Shown here: positions 10,327 through 20,423 of the stretch, one piece after another | Layout of the letters: the number at the start of each line of letters is the position of its first letter | How positions within the stretch are numbered: the stretch's first letter is position 1 | DNA from: Candidatus Heimdallarchaeota archaeon | Lineage (GTDB): Archaea; Asgardarchaeota; Heimdallarchaeia; Heimdallarchaeales; Heimdallarchaeaceae | Assembly: GCA_030603365.1 (NCBI GenBank) | Contig: JAUVXV010000008.1 | Span: 32,001 to 96,000, forward strand | Reading direction: 5' to 3' | DNA: 64,000 nt | Position numbers and translations under genes: made by a program | The notes under the pieces: generated by a model | The model's database searches: none | What the model was told of the DNA's origin: nothing | The model's input: the letters and a program-made list of their open reading frames with translations, nothing else

Positions 10327-11451
10327 TCACGAGAAGTATTTCTTCGAATTGTAGTACTGATCCCAAAGTTTGTTTTCGCTACCTCTTCGTTTAACAACAA
10401 GATCCCAGTATTGATTTAGTTTCTGAACATCTTCGATATTGTCTTTGATTACCGCTCCTTTAATATTAAGAGCTAAGTGTTCAGGTTTAACAATGCTATC
10501 TTGGTAGTACTTCGCATATAAGCCAGAGTTATAAGCTACTGAAACTGCTTCTGCAGTAGACATAACAGTGGATGGAATGTTTACTTTGATACCATCAGTG
10601 GTTTCTCCTTGTCGCAACTCATGGAAAGTTGTCACAAGTAATTCATAGATATCATGCGAAAAGTCAACTTTGACCTTATCTTGACCTAATAGATTCTTTG
10701 TCTGACTTTCAACGACCTCTATTTCCTCTTCTACACTTCCTATGGGAGCTACAGTTTCAAAATTAAATCTTCTTTTCAAAGCTGAACTCATTTCGTTGAC
10801 TCCCTTATCTCTAGTGTTAGCTGTTCCAATAATATTGAAACCTTTATTTGCTAGAAGAACCTCTTTTTCTCCCAATTCGGGAACAAGTAAGATTTTATCT
10901 GACAGAATACTAATGAGTGTATCTTGAATTTCTCTAGGACATCTGGTCACCTCTTCAAATCTAGTGATAACTCCTTCCTTCATCCCTACATAAACAGGAC
11001 CAGGAACAAGTGCTTTGTTTGAAGGACCTTCTGCCAAAAGTAGTGCATAATTCCAAGAATACTTTATCTGATCCTCTGTAACTCCAGCTGTTCCTTGAAT
11101 ACCATTCAGTGAGTTATTAGATATTCCAGCTGCGAGGTGTTCTGATAACCAGCTTTTAGCTGTGCCAGGTTCTCCAATCAAAAGTAAACCTCTATCTGAA
11201 GCGAGTGTTATAATGCTTCTTTGAACAAGAACATTATCTCCGTAAAACTTCCGAGAGATTTTGATTTTTTTAGTTTTATCTTTTACTTTATACTCATAGG
11301 TTTCATCAGATCCTAGAATAAATGTTTCAACCATTCTAGGACTTAAGTACCAGTTGTCTGGTTTTTCGTAAGTGTCATTCTGTTTTAAAGCTTCAATTTC
11401 CTCCCTGTTTCTTATTTCTGCTGGTTCACGAATTATCTTTTTTTTCGACAT
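10327..11451 (-). CDS. MoxR-family AAA+ ATPase, YehL subfamily
   Basis: GEPGTAKSWLSEHL Walker A, RFEEVTRC, TANTRDKGVNEMSSALKRRFNF, STAEAV. Confidence 0.92.
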   Translation of the reverse strand: MSKKKIIREPAEIRNREEIEALKQNDTYEKPDNWYLSPRMVETFILGSDETYEYKVKDKTKKIKISRKFYGDNVLVQRSIITLASDRGLLLIGEPGTAKSWLSEHLAAGISNNSLNGIQGTAGVTEDQIKYSWNYALLLAEGPSNKALVPGPVYVGMKEGVITRFEEVTRCPREIQDTLISILSDKILLVPELGEKEVLLANKGFNIIGTANTRDKGVNEMSSALKRRFNFETVAPIGSVEEEIEVVESQTKNLLGQDKVKVDFSHDIYELLVTTFHELRQGETTDGIKVNIPSTVMSTAEAVSVAYNSGLYAKYYQDSIVKPEHLALNIKGAVIKDNIEDVQKLNQYWDLVVKRRGSENKLWDQYYNSKKYFS

Positions 11452-11580
11452 AGTGAATCATACAATAACATATAGTTCAGTATATAAACCACAATATTAC
11501 AGAAAGCATTCTAATCGAAAATTTCGCCTTATTAAGTGAATTATTTATATAGTGAAAACTCTCTAATATTTATTTGAGAG

Positions 11581-12600
11581 TTACTTTTTCATCTTGATTT
11601 TTTCATAGTTTGATTCCAATGCTTTCAAAAAATCACCTGGCATTTCAAGTAGCTTCTTAGGATCTAGTACTACTAGTTGAATTTGATATCTTCTATTCAA
11701 TCTATCTCTATGAATAATTGTCCAAGTAACAGGCTTTTCTAGTTCTTTTTCGAACTGTTTTTCTGTTTTTTCAATTGCTTTCACACATTCGCTATGACTA
11801 TCATCTGAGTGAGTTGCCCATTTGAGTGGGTAGGAGTATTCTGTTTCTCCAACTCTTCGACCATAAAGTATAATCTCTTTTATGTCACCTTTTTCATCTG
11901 GTGCTTCTACAACAGCTATACTTTCTATTTCTAATTCTCTCAATCTACTATTAGGGATAACAGAAGTTGATTCATCTGGTTGGAGGATGGTAATATAATT
12001 TATGGAAATTGTTTGAATTACACCTTCAACATTGATATCTGGGATGATAATATAGTCACCCACATTATGATGCTTACTGAAAACCATGTAAAGACCAGAT
12101 ATAAGGTCACCAACTGATCTAGCAGCAGCAATACCAAAAGCTGCACCTACAGTTGCTGCTACTCCTATTATTGAACCAGTAAAAGGTTCAAATTTGCTAA
12201 TATATGCTACCAGAAAAATCGGTAAAACAAGTGCTCTTAGCAGAACATGTAAAGTGTTGTGAATGTCAGGTGAAATTCTTTTTCTAATCGCATGTAAGAT
12301 CACATTAGCAACCCATAAAATCACTATTACACTGAAAGTATAGATAAAGAAATCATCTACATATTCGTTTAACAAACCATCAAAAGTGGCATAAGCTGGA
12401 GCTTCAGCCTTCAGTGTTTCATTACTAAAATACCACTCTTCGTTAAGTTTCATCCTATCATTATAAGCAATCTCAATTAGATTATCGTCTGAAACTTTTG
12501 CAGTTATGTAGATAGCTAATATAGAAATGAATAATATTGCTAAAATTCCAAAGAAAAAATATTTTCTTCTATTAGTTTTCATGTGATCTTTGAATTTCAT
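11581..12600 (-). CDS. MscS small-conductance mechanosensitive channel
   Basis: TM helices then GDLISGL...VGDYI...EGVIQTI...IPNS; start moved to the ATG at 12600 to avoid overlap. Confidence 0.8.
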   Translation of the reverse strand: MKFKDHMKTNRRKYFFFGILAILFISILAIYITAKVSDDNLIEIAYNDRMKLNEEWYFSNETLKAEAPAYATFDGLLNEYVDDFFIYTFSVIVILWVANVILHAIRKRISPDIHNTLHVLLRALVLPIFLVAYISKFEPFTGSIIGVAATVGAAFGIAAARSVGDLISGLYMVFSKHHNVGDYIIIPDINVEGVIQTISINYITILQPDESTSVIPNSRLRELEIESIAVVEAPDEKGDIKEIILYGRRVGETEYSYPLKWATHSDDSHSECVKAIEKTEKQFEKELEKPVTWTIIHRDRLNRRYQIQLVVLDPKKLLEMPGDFLKALESNYEKIKMKK

Positions 12601-12656
12601 TTCATTCACTTTGCTAGAGGAAGAATGAAGGTTTTTAAGATTTGTCCTTAATATTG

Positions 12657-13568
12657 CTATTTTTTCTTGAACCACGGAATTATCATTGATACTTCCTTTT
12701 GATATTTTGAATAGTCCGGATAATGTTTTTTCAGCCTTTTTTCTATCATGGGAATACTTACAAAAGTAAATAAAATTATCATAGCAACAGGACCTGCAAA
12801 AGCCCACCAGTAAGATGTATCAGCTGCTAAAGCAAAGAAATACAATCCCCACCAGAAACTAATCTCCCCAAAGTAGTTGGGATGTCGGGATAAATTCCAA
12901 AGCCCGGTTTTCAGTAGTTCACCTGGTTGTTTCTTCTTATTGAAAGCATGTAATTGTTCATCCGCAAGTGTTTCGAAAAATATTGCTACTATAGTAAGGA
13001 TAATACCTATAATGTAAAATATATTATTTGATGCTATTGGAGTAGTAAATGCAGGTAGAAGTGATATACAACCTAGATAAACTATGATTGTAGGCATTAG
13101 CTGTAAACCAGTTATATTTATGAACCAGAATAATTTAGGCTTTTCTTCTCTGAATTGAGTATATCTCCAGTCTTCATGTTTTATCCCTTGCCATCCTCTT
13201 ACCCAATTATAGGTCAACCTTAAGCCCCACATACCTACTATAATAAGAATGATGAAATGAGTAGCTTCAAAACCAGATTCTAGTGCCCCTACAATGAACC
13301 AGTATATGGCAATTATAATTGGAATTACACTCCAATAAGGATCATATAAACTTGTATTTTGAATTATAATACTGATAAAGTATACAACTAATGTAGCTAT
13401 AATATCTGTTACTAGGATTAAGAGAAGAGGGTGCAAATAGTCGTAGAGAAAATAGCCAACAATAACAGCGATACCAATAGCTAGAATGTAAGAAAATGTA
13501 CATATAATAAGGGAGATCATTCTTTTTTTTCGTCTAGATTCATTTTCATCATTCATAATGAAATTCAA
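12657..13568 (-). CDS. DUF1295 steroid-5-alpha-reductase-like membrane protein
   Basis: YDPYWS, WGLRL, EDWRY, ETLADEQL, GLWNLSRHPNYFGE. Confidence 0.9.
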   Translation of the reverse strand: MNFIMNDENESRRKKRMISLIICTFSYILAIGIAVIVGYFLYDYLHPLLLILVTDIIATLVVYFISIIIQNTSLYDPYWSVIPIIIAIYWFIVGALESGFEATHFIILIIVGMWGLRLTYNWVRGWQGIKHEDWRYTQFREEKPKLFWFINITGLQLMPTIIVYLGCISLLPAFTTPIASNNIFYIIGIILTIVAIFFETLADEQLHAFNKKKQPGELLKTGLWNLSRHPNYFGEISFWWGLYFFALAADTSYWWAFAGPVAMIILFTFVSIPMIEKRLKKHYPDYSKYQKEVSMIIPWFKKK

Positions 13569-13603
13569 AGAAAATCACTTCAATATAATTCTTTCTAAGG
13601 TGT

Positions 13604-14011
13604 TTAACTAAAGAATTGTATTCCATTAGGACTTTCTTTGAAGAATTTTAAGCTGTTTAGACTATTTTCTTCATCTTGAGTACAGAAAATAAGAGTATTT
13701 GGCTTATTGATGCTATCTAGATATACCTCCTCTGTTAGGATGGTAAGAGTGTCATCTACATATAGATACAGCTTAAAAGGTAGCATCCTCTCTTCAGATT
13801 CTTTTTCGTATGGCATAGTAAAATCAATTTCTCTCTTAATGGCGTCTACAAATTCATTAAAAGACATGATTTCGAAATTAAAATCAGTGTAGCTTAAAGA
13901 ACCATAAACCCAAGTATTATTTAGAAAAGCAGCAAAGAAACGTACAATCCTAGATTCAGTGAAGTTGTCTAAGATTTTGTCTTTGTCCATAGGGAAACTT
14001 GATTTTGTCAT
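13604..14011 (-). CDS. Hypothetical protein
   Basis: 135-aa ORF co-oriented with neighbours. Confidence 0.55.
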   Translation of the reverse strand: MTKSSFPMDKDKILDNFTESRIVRFFAAFLNNTWVYGSLSYTDFNFEIMSFNEFVDAIKREIDFTMPYEKESEERMLPFKLYLYVDDTLTILTEEVYLDSINKPNTLIFCTQDEENSLNSLKFFKESPNGIQFFS

Positions 14012-14106
14012 TATTTAAACTATATCGTGAAATCTCATTAGAGAGATATTTTCGTGATCATTTTCAGATAGTGAAGTATTTAATCAGGATATTAAACTGC
14101 GAGTTA

Positions 14107-14346
14107 ATGGTTGAAGATATTACTGTTGCAGTTGGAAAAAAACGGAATAAGAATTATATTGAGATCGTAATTCGTCAGTATAAACCTATTCTATTCGGCA
14201 TCCTTTCATGTGTTTGTTTAGTTTTAGCAGCATTAGAAATTGTAGCAGGAATCTTCTTCATCTTCTCTCTAACATTCCTTTTACTTACAATAGTTACAAT
14301 TGTCACAGGTCAACAGAGAAACACCAGAAAAATACGACTAGAATGA
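14107..14346 (+). CDS. Small two-TM membrane protein
   Basis: ATG at 14107; two hydrophobic stretches with basic flanks. Confidence 0.5.
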   Translation: MVEDITVAVGKKRNKNYIEIVIRQYKPILFGILSCVCLVLAALEIVAGIFFIFSLTFLLLTIVTIVTGQQRNTRKIRLE

Positions 14347-14462
14347 TTTTTTATTTAGTGACGATTTAACATACTACTTTGCATGAAGAACAACGCTTTT
14401 AATTATAAAATTGATAAATTTAAGGTTAGAAAGCAATCTAATGCTAGTTGGCATGGGGAAAA

Positions 14463-14612
14463 ATGAAGTGTCCAAATTGTGGTCGTTACGTAGACCAAAT
14501 TAGTCGAGAGAAATACTTTTGCAAGAGATGTAGTTTACTCTATTATTTTCTCTTTCCTAACCAACCACCAAGAGTTTACAAAATGAGTAGTGAATCTGTT
14601 GCTCTAGCTTAA
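14463..14612 (+). CDS. 49-aa CPxCG zinc-ribbon microprotein; not in ORF track
   Basis: MKCPNCGRYVDQISREKYFCKRCSLLYYFLFPNQPPRVYKMSSESVALA; two CxxC pairs; GGGG upstream of ATG. Confidence 0.7.
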   Translation: MKCPNCGRYVDQISREKYFCKRCSLLYYFLFPNQPPRVYKMSSESVALA

Positions 14613-14625
14613 AATTGTTAATATT

Positions 14626-15066
14626 TTACTCTTCAAGCTTTGAAACATCAATTCCTGCCTGTTTAAGATGATGAATGTCATGCCACCAAATTGAGAAGAA
14701 CCCTAGAAATTCTTTATTTTCTTGAGGATATTTTTCTACTATTTCTTGATAGACATCAATCAATTTCTTTCTCAGCTTCTGGAATTTGATATTAACTTCT
14801 TCATAACCTAAATCCTTGTTATCCTCAAAGAATTGCTGATTTTTTGTTTCTCCATCTTCTTCGTAAAATGCATAAAACGCTTTTTGTTTTCTCATTTCAT
14901 CAGCAAACTGGATAAATTCATCATCCCAACCAGATAAATGAATAAGAAGCTCTCTCTTTGTCCAACCATTTGGAAGTACAGTATCAACAGTAAGATCATT
15001 TAGCACATCGGTTGTAATTTTGAGTTTGGCTATCCATCTTTTAGCTATGTCTATAACATTGTCCAT
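14626..15066 (-). CDS. DinB/YfiT-superfamily (ClbS/DfsB-like) protein
   Basis: WTKRELLIHLSGWD and C-terminal HDIHH metal-binding histidines. Confidence 0.7.
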   Translation of the reverse strand: MDNVIDIAKRWIAKLKITTDVLNDLTVDTVLPNGWTKRELLIHLSGWDDEFIQFADEMRKQKAFYAFYEEDGETKNQQFFEDNKDLGYEEVNIKFQKLRKKLIDVYQEIVEKYPQENKEFLGFFSIWWHDIHHLKQAGIDVSKLEE

Positions 15067-15175
15067 ATGCGAAATTATTTTACACATTTATGACTGTATG
15101 CAAAAATGTATGTCAGCTGTTTTACTTTTGTTTATATACGATTCTGCACATTATATTGATAAGAGACTGACTTTA

Positions 15176-15556
15176 ATGCCTAGAAGACTGACTCACATTG
15201 TAGGAGGTTTAGTATTTTCCCTACCAATTGTAGGAGTATCTTATTGGGGATTCTCTGAAAATTTTGATTATTTGCAATTAACGTTAGTTTTAGCAATTTC
15301 TGTTGTTTGTATTTTTATAGGTTCAATCCTTCCTGATCTGATTGAAAGACCAACTAATCCTGATCACAGGAAATTTTTTCACTCTTGGTTTATGTTATCA
15401 GCTTTTTTCATAGTATCTTTTGTGATGTGTTTTGTTGTTGTTCCAGCATATGATCAGAAAGTCTTTATTTATCTGATTTTCGCGTTTCTGTTAGGTTACT
15501 TAAGTCATCTCCTTCTTGATGCAACAACAAAAAAAGGATTGAAAGGAAAAGGTTAA
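15176..15556 (+). CDS. YdjM-like membrane metal-dependent hydrolase
   Basis: TH, GSILPDLIE, HRKFFHS, GYLSHLLLDA; start at ATG 15176. Confidence 0.8.
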   Translation: MPRRLTHIVGGLVFSLPIVGVSYWGFSENFDYLQLTLVLAISVVCIFIGSILPDLIERPTNPDHRKFFHSWFMLSAFFIVSFVMCFVVVPAYDQKVFIYLIFAFLLGYLSHLLLDATTKKGLKGKG

Positions 15557-15718
15557 TTTTCCTAAAGAGGAAAAACAGCATTGGATGAGAATCTCATCAC
15601 TATTCCTCAGCTTTAGAAATGTTTTATCAAAATTTCCATTGAACTATTTACAAAGGTTTCACTTTTTTTCTGTGTGGTTTTAAAGTAATCAAATGATTTA
15701 ATCTATTAGTGATACCAA

Positions 15719-16000
15719 TTGGTAAAGGTAATTCTCTTATTCGAATCTACATGTTCAAAGTGTGGTGCTAAAGCCAAGTTCTGTTGTTCTAAATGTAGTA
15801 GGCCTCTTTGTGGTAGATGTTTAACAAAGGAAAAAAGAGACCTAATGTCAAATATAATTATTCCAGCTGGTATGTGTAAAGATTGCTCTATCCAGAGAAT
15901 AGAAGAATATAATGAGGGTTCTTTTAATACACTTTCAGAGGCGATTACTATTTACGTTCCTGACCCATTGAATGATAGAAAGATTATTGACAATAGCTGA
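15719..16000 (+). CDS. Small Cys-rich zinc-finger protein
   Basis: CSKC, CCSKC, LCGRC, MCKDC. Confidence 0.65.
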   Translation: MVKVILLFESTCSKCGAKAKFCCSKCSRPLCGRCLTKEKRDLMSNIIIPAGMCKDCSIQRIEEYNEGSFNTLSEAITIYVPDPLNDRKIIDNS

Positions 16001-16055
16001 ACTTCTGAGAAAAAAGGTAATATAAGGCTTCTTTCTATACTACCAAGAATAGTCG

Positions 16056-17477
16056 ATGAATGCAAATACTGTGGAGAAACAAGTTCGAAAGAACATTTTG
16101 AAAAATCCGCTAATGTGGAAATTTAAATTTTACGGATTTTTTAAGAATTTAAGATTCTTTGAACCCTTTCTAATTATCATGCTCTACGACTATCTCGCTA
16201 AATCGTATCTAGATAATATCCAATTTCTTACAGGATTTTATCAGATTGGTCTGAAAACAACCTTTTCTTCTCCCTTGGGATCTCAATTCATTTTATTTCA
16301 AATTGGTTTGATTTTTTTGGTTCAAGAAGTGATTACTTATTCTCTAGAAATACCTTCTGGGATTCTAGCAGATAAATTTGGTAAAAAGAATGAGTTGCTC
16401 TTCTGTTTTATTTTCTACATTGTTTCCTTTGTACTCTTTTTTATCGGATTAAGTTTACCAGTTAATTTCTTCTTTGTAATATTCCTAGCTGCTGGAATGT
16501 ATGGCTTAGGGGAAGCATTTCGATCTGGAACACACAAAGCAATGATACTAACATGGATGGATAAAAAAGGCTATCAAAAGCATAAAACATTTGTTTATGG
16601 AAGAACAAGATCCTGGTCATTAATTGGATCTACTTTAAATGGGGTTTTAGCCATCTTATTCATCCTATTTGTTCCAGAAGCACAATGGGTATTTATCATA
16701 GCTATTATTCCATACATTATTGATTTTATTCTAATTGCATCATATCCTTCTTATATGAACGACCATGTTCCTACTGAAACTACATTCCTAAAAGAAATTG
16801 GTAAGGGGTTCAAAGGGATGATTGTAGCATTTAAAGATAGAAAATTACGGAAGGGAATTTTCTCATCTTCTAGCTACGATGCAGTATACAAAAGTCTGAA
16901 GGATTATATTCAACCAATAATTAAAGTCTATATACTCCTAGTAATCATTAACATTGGTTTTGCTCCTTCAAATATTAACCTAAGTGAAGACAATTTTATC
17001 AAAGTTATACTTGGAGTGATGTATTCTATATTCTATCTGATTTCATCTTTTTCATCTAGAAATGCATATAAGGTTAAAGCTTGGTTGAAAAATACAAAAA
17101 ATGCGATGGATATCTTGTTTTATTTATTTGCAGCTGTTCTACTATTAAATGCAATTTTCATTTGGGTAAATCTTCCTCTGGTTGTTATCTTCTTATATCT
17201 TCTAATATACATTTTTGAAAACATAAGAAGGCCACTAAGTGTTGATTATTTAGGAGAAACTATCAAGAAAGACCAGCGAACAACAATGTTAAGTGTGGAA
17301 GCACAAATTAAGTCTATCTTGGTTTTTATCTTTGCACCACTATTCGGCCTAATCGCTGATTTCTCAATTCCAGCACTATTTCTTGGTATTTCTATTCTTA
17401 TGGTACTTTACAATTTCTTCTTCCTTCAGGGAGATGGAAAAGCTCTTAAGAAAAAGACTGAAAAGGAAAAAACTTAG
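16056..17477 (+). CDS. MFS transporter
   Basis: EIPSGILADKFGKK motif A, GEAFRSGT, many TM segments. Confidence 0.9.
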   Translation: MNANTVEKQVRKNILKNPLMWKFKFYGFFKNLRFFEPFLIIMLYDYLAKSYLDNIQFLTGFYQIGLKTTFSSPLGSQFILFQIGLIFLVQEVITYSLEIPSGILADKFGKKNELLFCFIFYIVSFVLFFIGLSLPVNFFFVIFLAAGMYGLGEAFRSGTHKAMILTWMDKKGYQKHKTFVYGRTRSWSLIGSTLNGVLAILFILFVPEAQWVFIIAIIPYIIDFILIASYPSYMNDHVPTETTFLKEIGKGFKGMIVAFKDRKLRKGIFSSSSYDAVYKSLKDYIQPIIKVYILLVIINIGFAPSNINLSEDNFIKVILGVMYSIFYLISSFSSRNAYKVKAWLKNTKNAMDILFYLFAAVLLLNAIFIWVNLPLVVIFLYLLIYIFENIRRPLSVDYLGETIKKDQRTTMLSVEAQIKSILVFIFAPLFGLIADFSIPALFLGISILMVLYNFFFLQGDGKALKKKTEKEKT

Positions 17478-17786
17478 TTTGAAGATGAACAATTATTACA
17501 TAATTAGGGGGTTCTTTGAGCTTACCTATCATCCATAACCAACGTTTTCTATCTAAGAAGAATGCTACTAATGTGATAACCTCTTGGGGTATTCCTCCAG
17601 CTCAATCTAGATATACGAAAACTGCAGTTATACCTAATACTCCAGAAGTAAATTCCACCAATATTCTTAACTAACTTTCATGCTAAGATGAGAGATAAGA
17701 TTACTTTTTAGTTGAAAGATAAAGATTATATATTTCTTCAAAACACCCTATTAATCAGAAGGATTCAAGCACTAAGGTGAATATTT

Positions 17787-18302
17787 GTGAAAGAAACTCT
17801 AATTGTATATGGGACAAGATATGGTGCAACAACCGAAGCATGTGCTGTTATTCAAAAAATCCTTGAAAAGGAATATGATCAGCATGTTGAAATCTGGGAT
17901 TTGGAAAACTGGCATGCATGTCCTGATTTAAATGATTTTGACAATGTGATAATAGCTAGTGGAATCAAATACGGTGAATGGACAGAGAATTCTAGAAAAT
18001 ACTTGAGTAATGATTTTGGTAGTAAGAAGGTTGCAGTTTTCATCTCATCCATCTATGCTGGTGAAGATGAGCATTACGAACACGCTTATGAAAAATTTCT
18101 AGTAGATGTGCTAGAAGAACATCCTAACTTAAAACCCGTCGCTAAAGCAGCTTTTGGTGGTCGTATTCCAAAAGAACAACTTCCAAACATAGCTCCAGAA
18201 AGAATATTAATCAGATTACCTGAACATCAATATGATAATAGAAACTGGGATCTTATTGAAGAGTGGGCACATCAAGTAGGAAAACTCTTCAAAGAAGATT
18301 AG
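17787..18302 (+). CDS. Flavodoxin-domain (HemG-like) protein
   Basis: IVYGTRYGAT FMN loop, AFGG, DNRNWDLIEEWA. Confidence 0.85.
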   Translation: MKETLIVYGTRYGATTEACAVIQKILEKEYDQHVEIWDLENWHACPDLNDFDNVIIASGIKYGEWTENSRKYLSNDFGSKKVAVFISSIYAGEDEHYEHAYEKFLVDVLEEHPNLKPVAKAAFGGRIPKEQLPNIAPERILIRLPEHQYDNRNWDLIEEWAHQVGKLFKED

Positions 18303-18321
18303 TTGAAGAGTATCATTACGT

Positions 18322-18840
18322 CTATGCTCTCAGCAATTCTATTTTTTCAAATTCATTGTTTGTTATATACATACGTATACCTTCACAGGTATCTAGAGGA
18401 TCTCCCCATTTCTCATATTCTTCTTGAGGAAAACAGCCTATTGTAGTTATTTCTAACCACCCTCCATGACCAACTACTAATGCTGATTCACCTTCAGAGA
18501 TTAGGTTTGCAATGTCTTTCACAAACAAAACCATTTTAGTTGCATATTCAGCTGTTTTACATCCTTTTCTTATAGCATCTCTATATTGAACAAAATCCAT
18601 CCCCCAAGTAACCTCATCTTCTATTTCTGGAAGTGCCTTACTTATTTCGTCTACTATCTTATCTACCGCATAGCCCATTGCAACAGCTGTTTCTACTGCT
18701 CGGGGTGCATTACTTGATAAAACCAAATTAAATTCGCCTAATGTATCTCCTACTTTTCTTGCTTTCATCACACCTTCTTGTGTTAGATGAGGAGAAGGTC
18801 TAATTCTAATCGAATGTCTTCTAAACTCAATTATTTTCAT
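18322..18840 (-). CDS. Histidine phosphatase superfamily protein
   Basis: RRHS, LTQEG, SSxxxRAVETA, LVVGHGG. Confidence 0.85.
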   Translation of the reverse strand: MKIIEFRRHSIRIRPSPHLTQEGVMKARKVGDTLGEFNLVLSSNAPRAVETAVAMGYAVDKIVDEISKALPEIEDEVTWGMDFVQYRDAIRKGCKTAEYATKMVLFVKDIANLISEGESALVVGHGGWLEITTIGCFPQEEYEKWGDPLDTCEGIRMYITNNEFEKIELLRA

Positions 18841-18928
18841 GAGTATATAGTTCTTTTATCTAATAAAATACTTTGTGAGAAGAAGATAACTAGAAAAGCG
18901 TTAAAGCAAAATTGTTATTAAGAAAGAA

Positions 18929-20347
18929 ATGAATTCCTTCTTGAATAAAATGAGTTTCTATAAATCTAAGATTTTTATCATATCTTCAGCACTTATTATT
19001 GCTGCTGCTATCATTATTCCTACTGTTATTTTAACAACAGAGAAAGACACTTTTCCCCCTGTAATAGAGATACTTAATCCTGAAAGAGACGAGATTTTAT
19101 CTGGTACAGTAACAATAGAATGTAATGCTTCTGACACAGGCCCGACTACAACCAGTATTGATACTATAGAACTTTGGTTCAATGGAGTAATCGTATCTAC
19201 TTCCCTTCAATATCAGTTGGATACAACTGCTTATCCTGATGGACCTTATACAATCAAAGCAATCGCATATGATTTAGTTGGTTTATCAGCAATGGTAGAA
19301 GTCAATGTTGTTATTGATAATTTTCTTAATTCTGCACCAACTGATTATTTTAAACTTCTGAACTACAATGTTAAAGAGAGTGGAACAGAGATTGAATGGA
19401 AGGAAATCGTAAAAGATGAGAATGCGGACATTATAATCTTCGTAGAAACAGGTACTTGGAATGAAAATGGAAATTACAAGTTAGGCAGATTACTCACTCA
19501 ATTTAATGGTTATTTCTATGATGAGGCTCCTTATGAAGGTTATACGGCACAAGGAGATATTTTTATTACAAGTGGTGAAGCGATTTTTAGTAGATATCCT
19601 ATTTTAGAGTTCCATCAATTAGGTATACTTACTTTAGATGATAATACTTCTTATGATGTAACTCATGATTTCATCCATGCAGTACTAAACATTACTAACA
19701 CCGAAGTACATATTATTGGTTGCCATTTAAAAGCACTAGAAGGAGCAGTAAATGAACAAAGAAGAGAATGGGAACAAGAAGGCATCATTAACTATATGGA
19801 TGATTTAGGAGATGTTCCTATAATTTATGCGGGAGATTTTAACTCCTTATCACCAGTTGATATTGATGATTTAGCAGGTTTGCCTGGAGCAGATTTCGGA
19901 TATGGTCCAGTAACAATGCTACTTGATCCTGAAGATCTTATCTATGGAAACTATTCTTCCAAAGTTCACAATTTTACTGATGTTTTCCGCGTACTGAACC
20001 CTGATGACCCAGGATATACCATGAATGTTCCAACAATTCTTTCAAGAATTGATTTCATTTTTGTAAACCAACACTTTGAAAACGCTTTCGTAAGCAGTTC
20101 TGTGGGAAGTAACTCAGGGTTTGATGACATTGGTTCTGATCACTACTCAGTTGAAGCGATATTTCAAATAGCAAATATTTCAGCTTCTGTGCTTCCTCAA
20201 TTGAATATTCAGAATGAAGAAACAAAAATCTTCCAACCAGTTAGTGGTTTAGTGATACAAAAAACACCAGAAATACATGTTATGTCTTTCACAATACACC
20301 CTCTTACTTCATTAGAAAAGGGTTTAAAATGGTTATTTAAGAGCTGA
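18929..20347 (+). CDS. Membrane-anchored Ig-like domain plus endonuclease/exonuclease/phosphatase (EEP) protein
   Basis: N-terminal TM; Ig-like DTTAYPDGPYTIKAIAYD; EEP motifs NYNV, FVE, GDFNS, RIDFIF, SDH. Confidence 0.85.
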   Translation: MNSFLNKMSFYKSKIFIISSALIIAAAIIIPTVILTTEKDTFPPVIEILNPERDEILSGTVTIECNASDTGPTTTSIDTIELWFNGVIVSTSLQYQLDTTAYPDGPYTIKAIAYDLVGLSAMVEVNVVIDNFLNSAPTDYFKLLNYNVKESGTEIEWKEIVKDENADIIIFVETGTWNENGNYKLGRLLTQFNGYFYDEAPYEGYTAQGDIFITSGEAIFSRYPILEFHQLGILTLDDNTSYDVTHDFIHAVLNITNTEVHIIGCHLKALEGAVNEQRREWEQEGIINYMDDLGDVPIIYAGDFNSLSPVDIDDLAGLPGADFGYGPVTMLLDPEDLIYGNYSSKVHNFTDVFRVLNPDDPGYTMNVPTILSRIDFIFVNQHFENAFVSSSVGSNSGFDDIGSDHYSVEAIFQIANISASVLPQLNIQNEETKIFQPVSGLVIQKTPEIHVMSFTIHPLTSLEKGLKWLFKS

Positions 20348-20423
20348 AAGACATTAAATTTTCTTTTTTTTTACATAACATCTTTATAGTTGATTGCTAG
20401 TTTTACTAGTTGGGAAACTGTTT

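Noticed and set aside
12600-12807. Open -1 frame linking DUF1295 to MscS (possible frameshift fusion)
   Set aside because: The end sequence AAG AAA AAA TAG is not an X-XXY-YYZ heptamer, MscS has its own ATG at 12600, and a fusion has no functional rationale.
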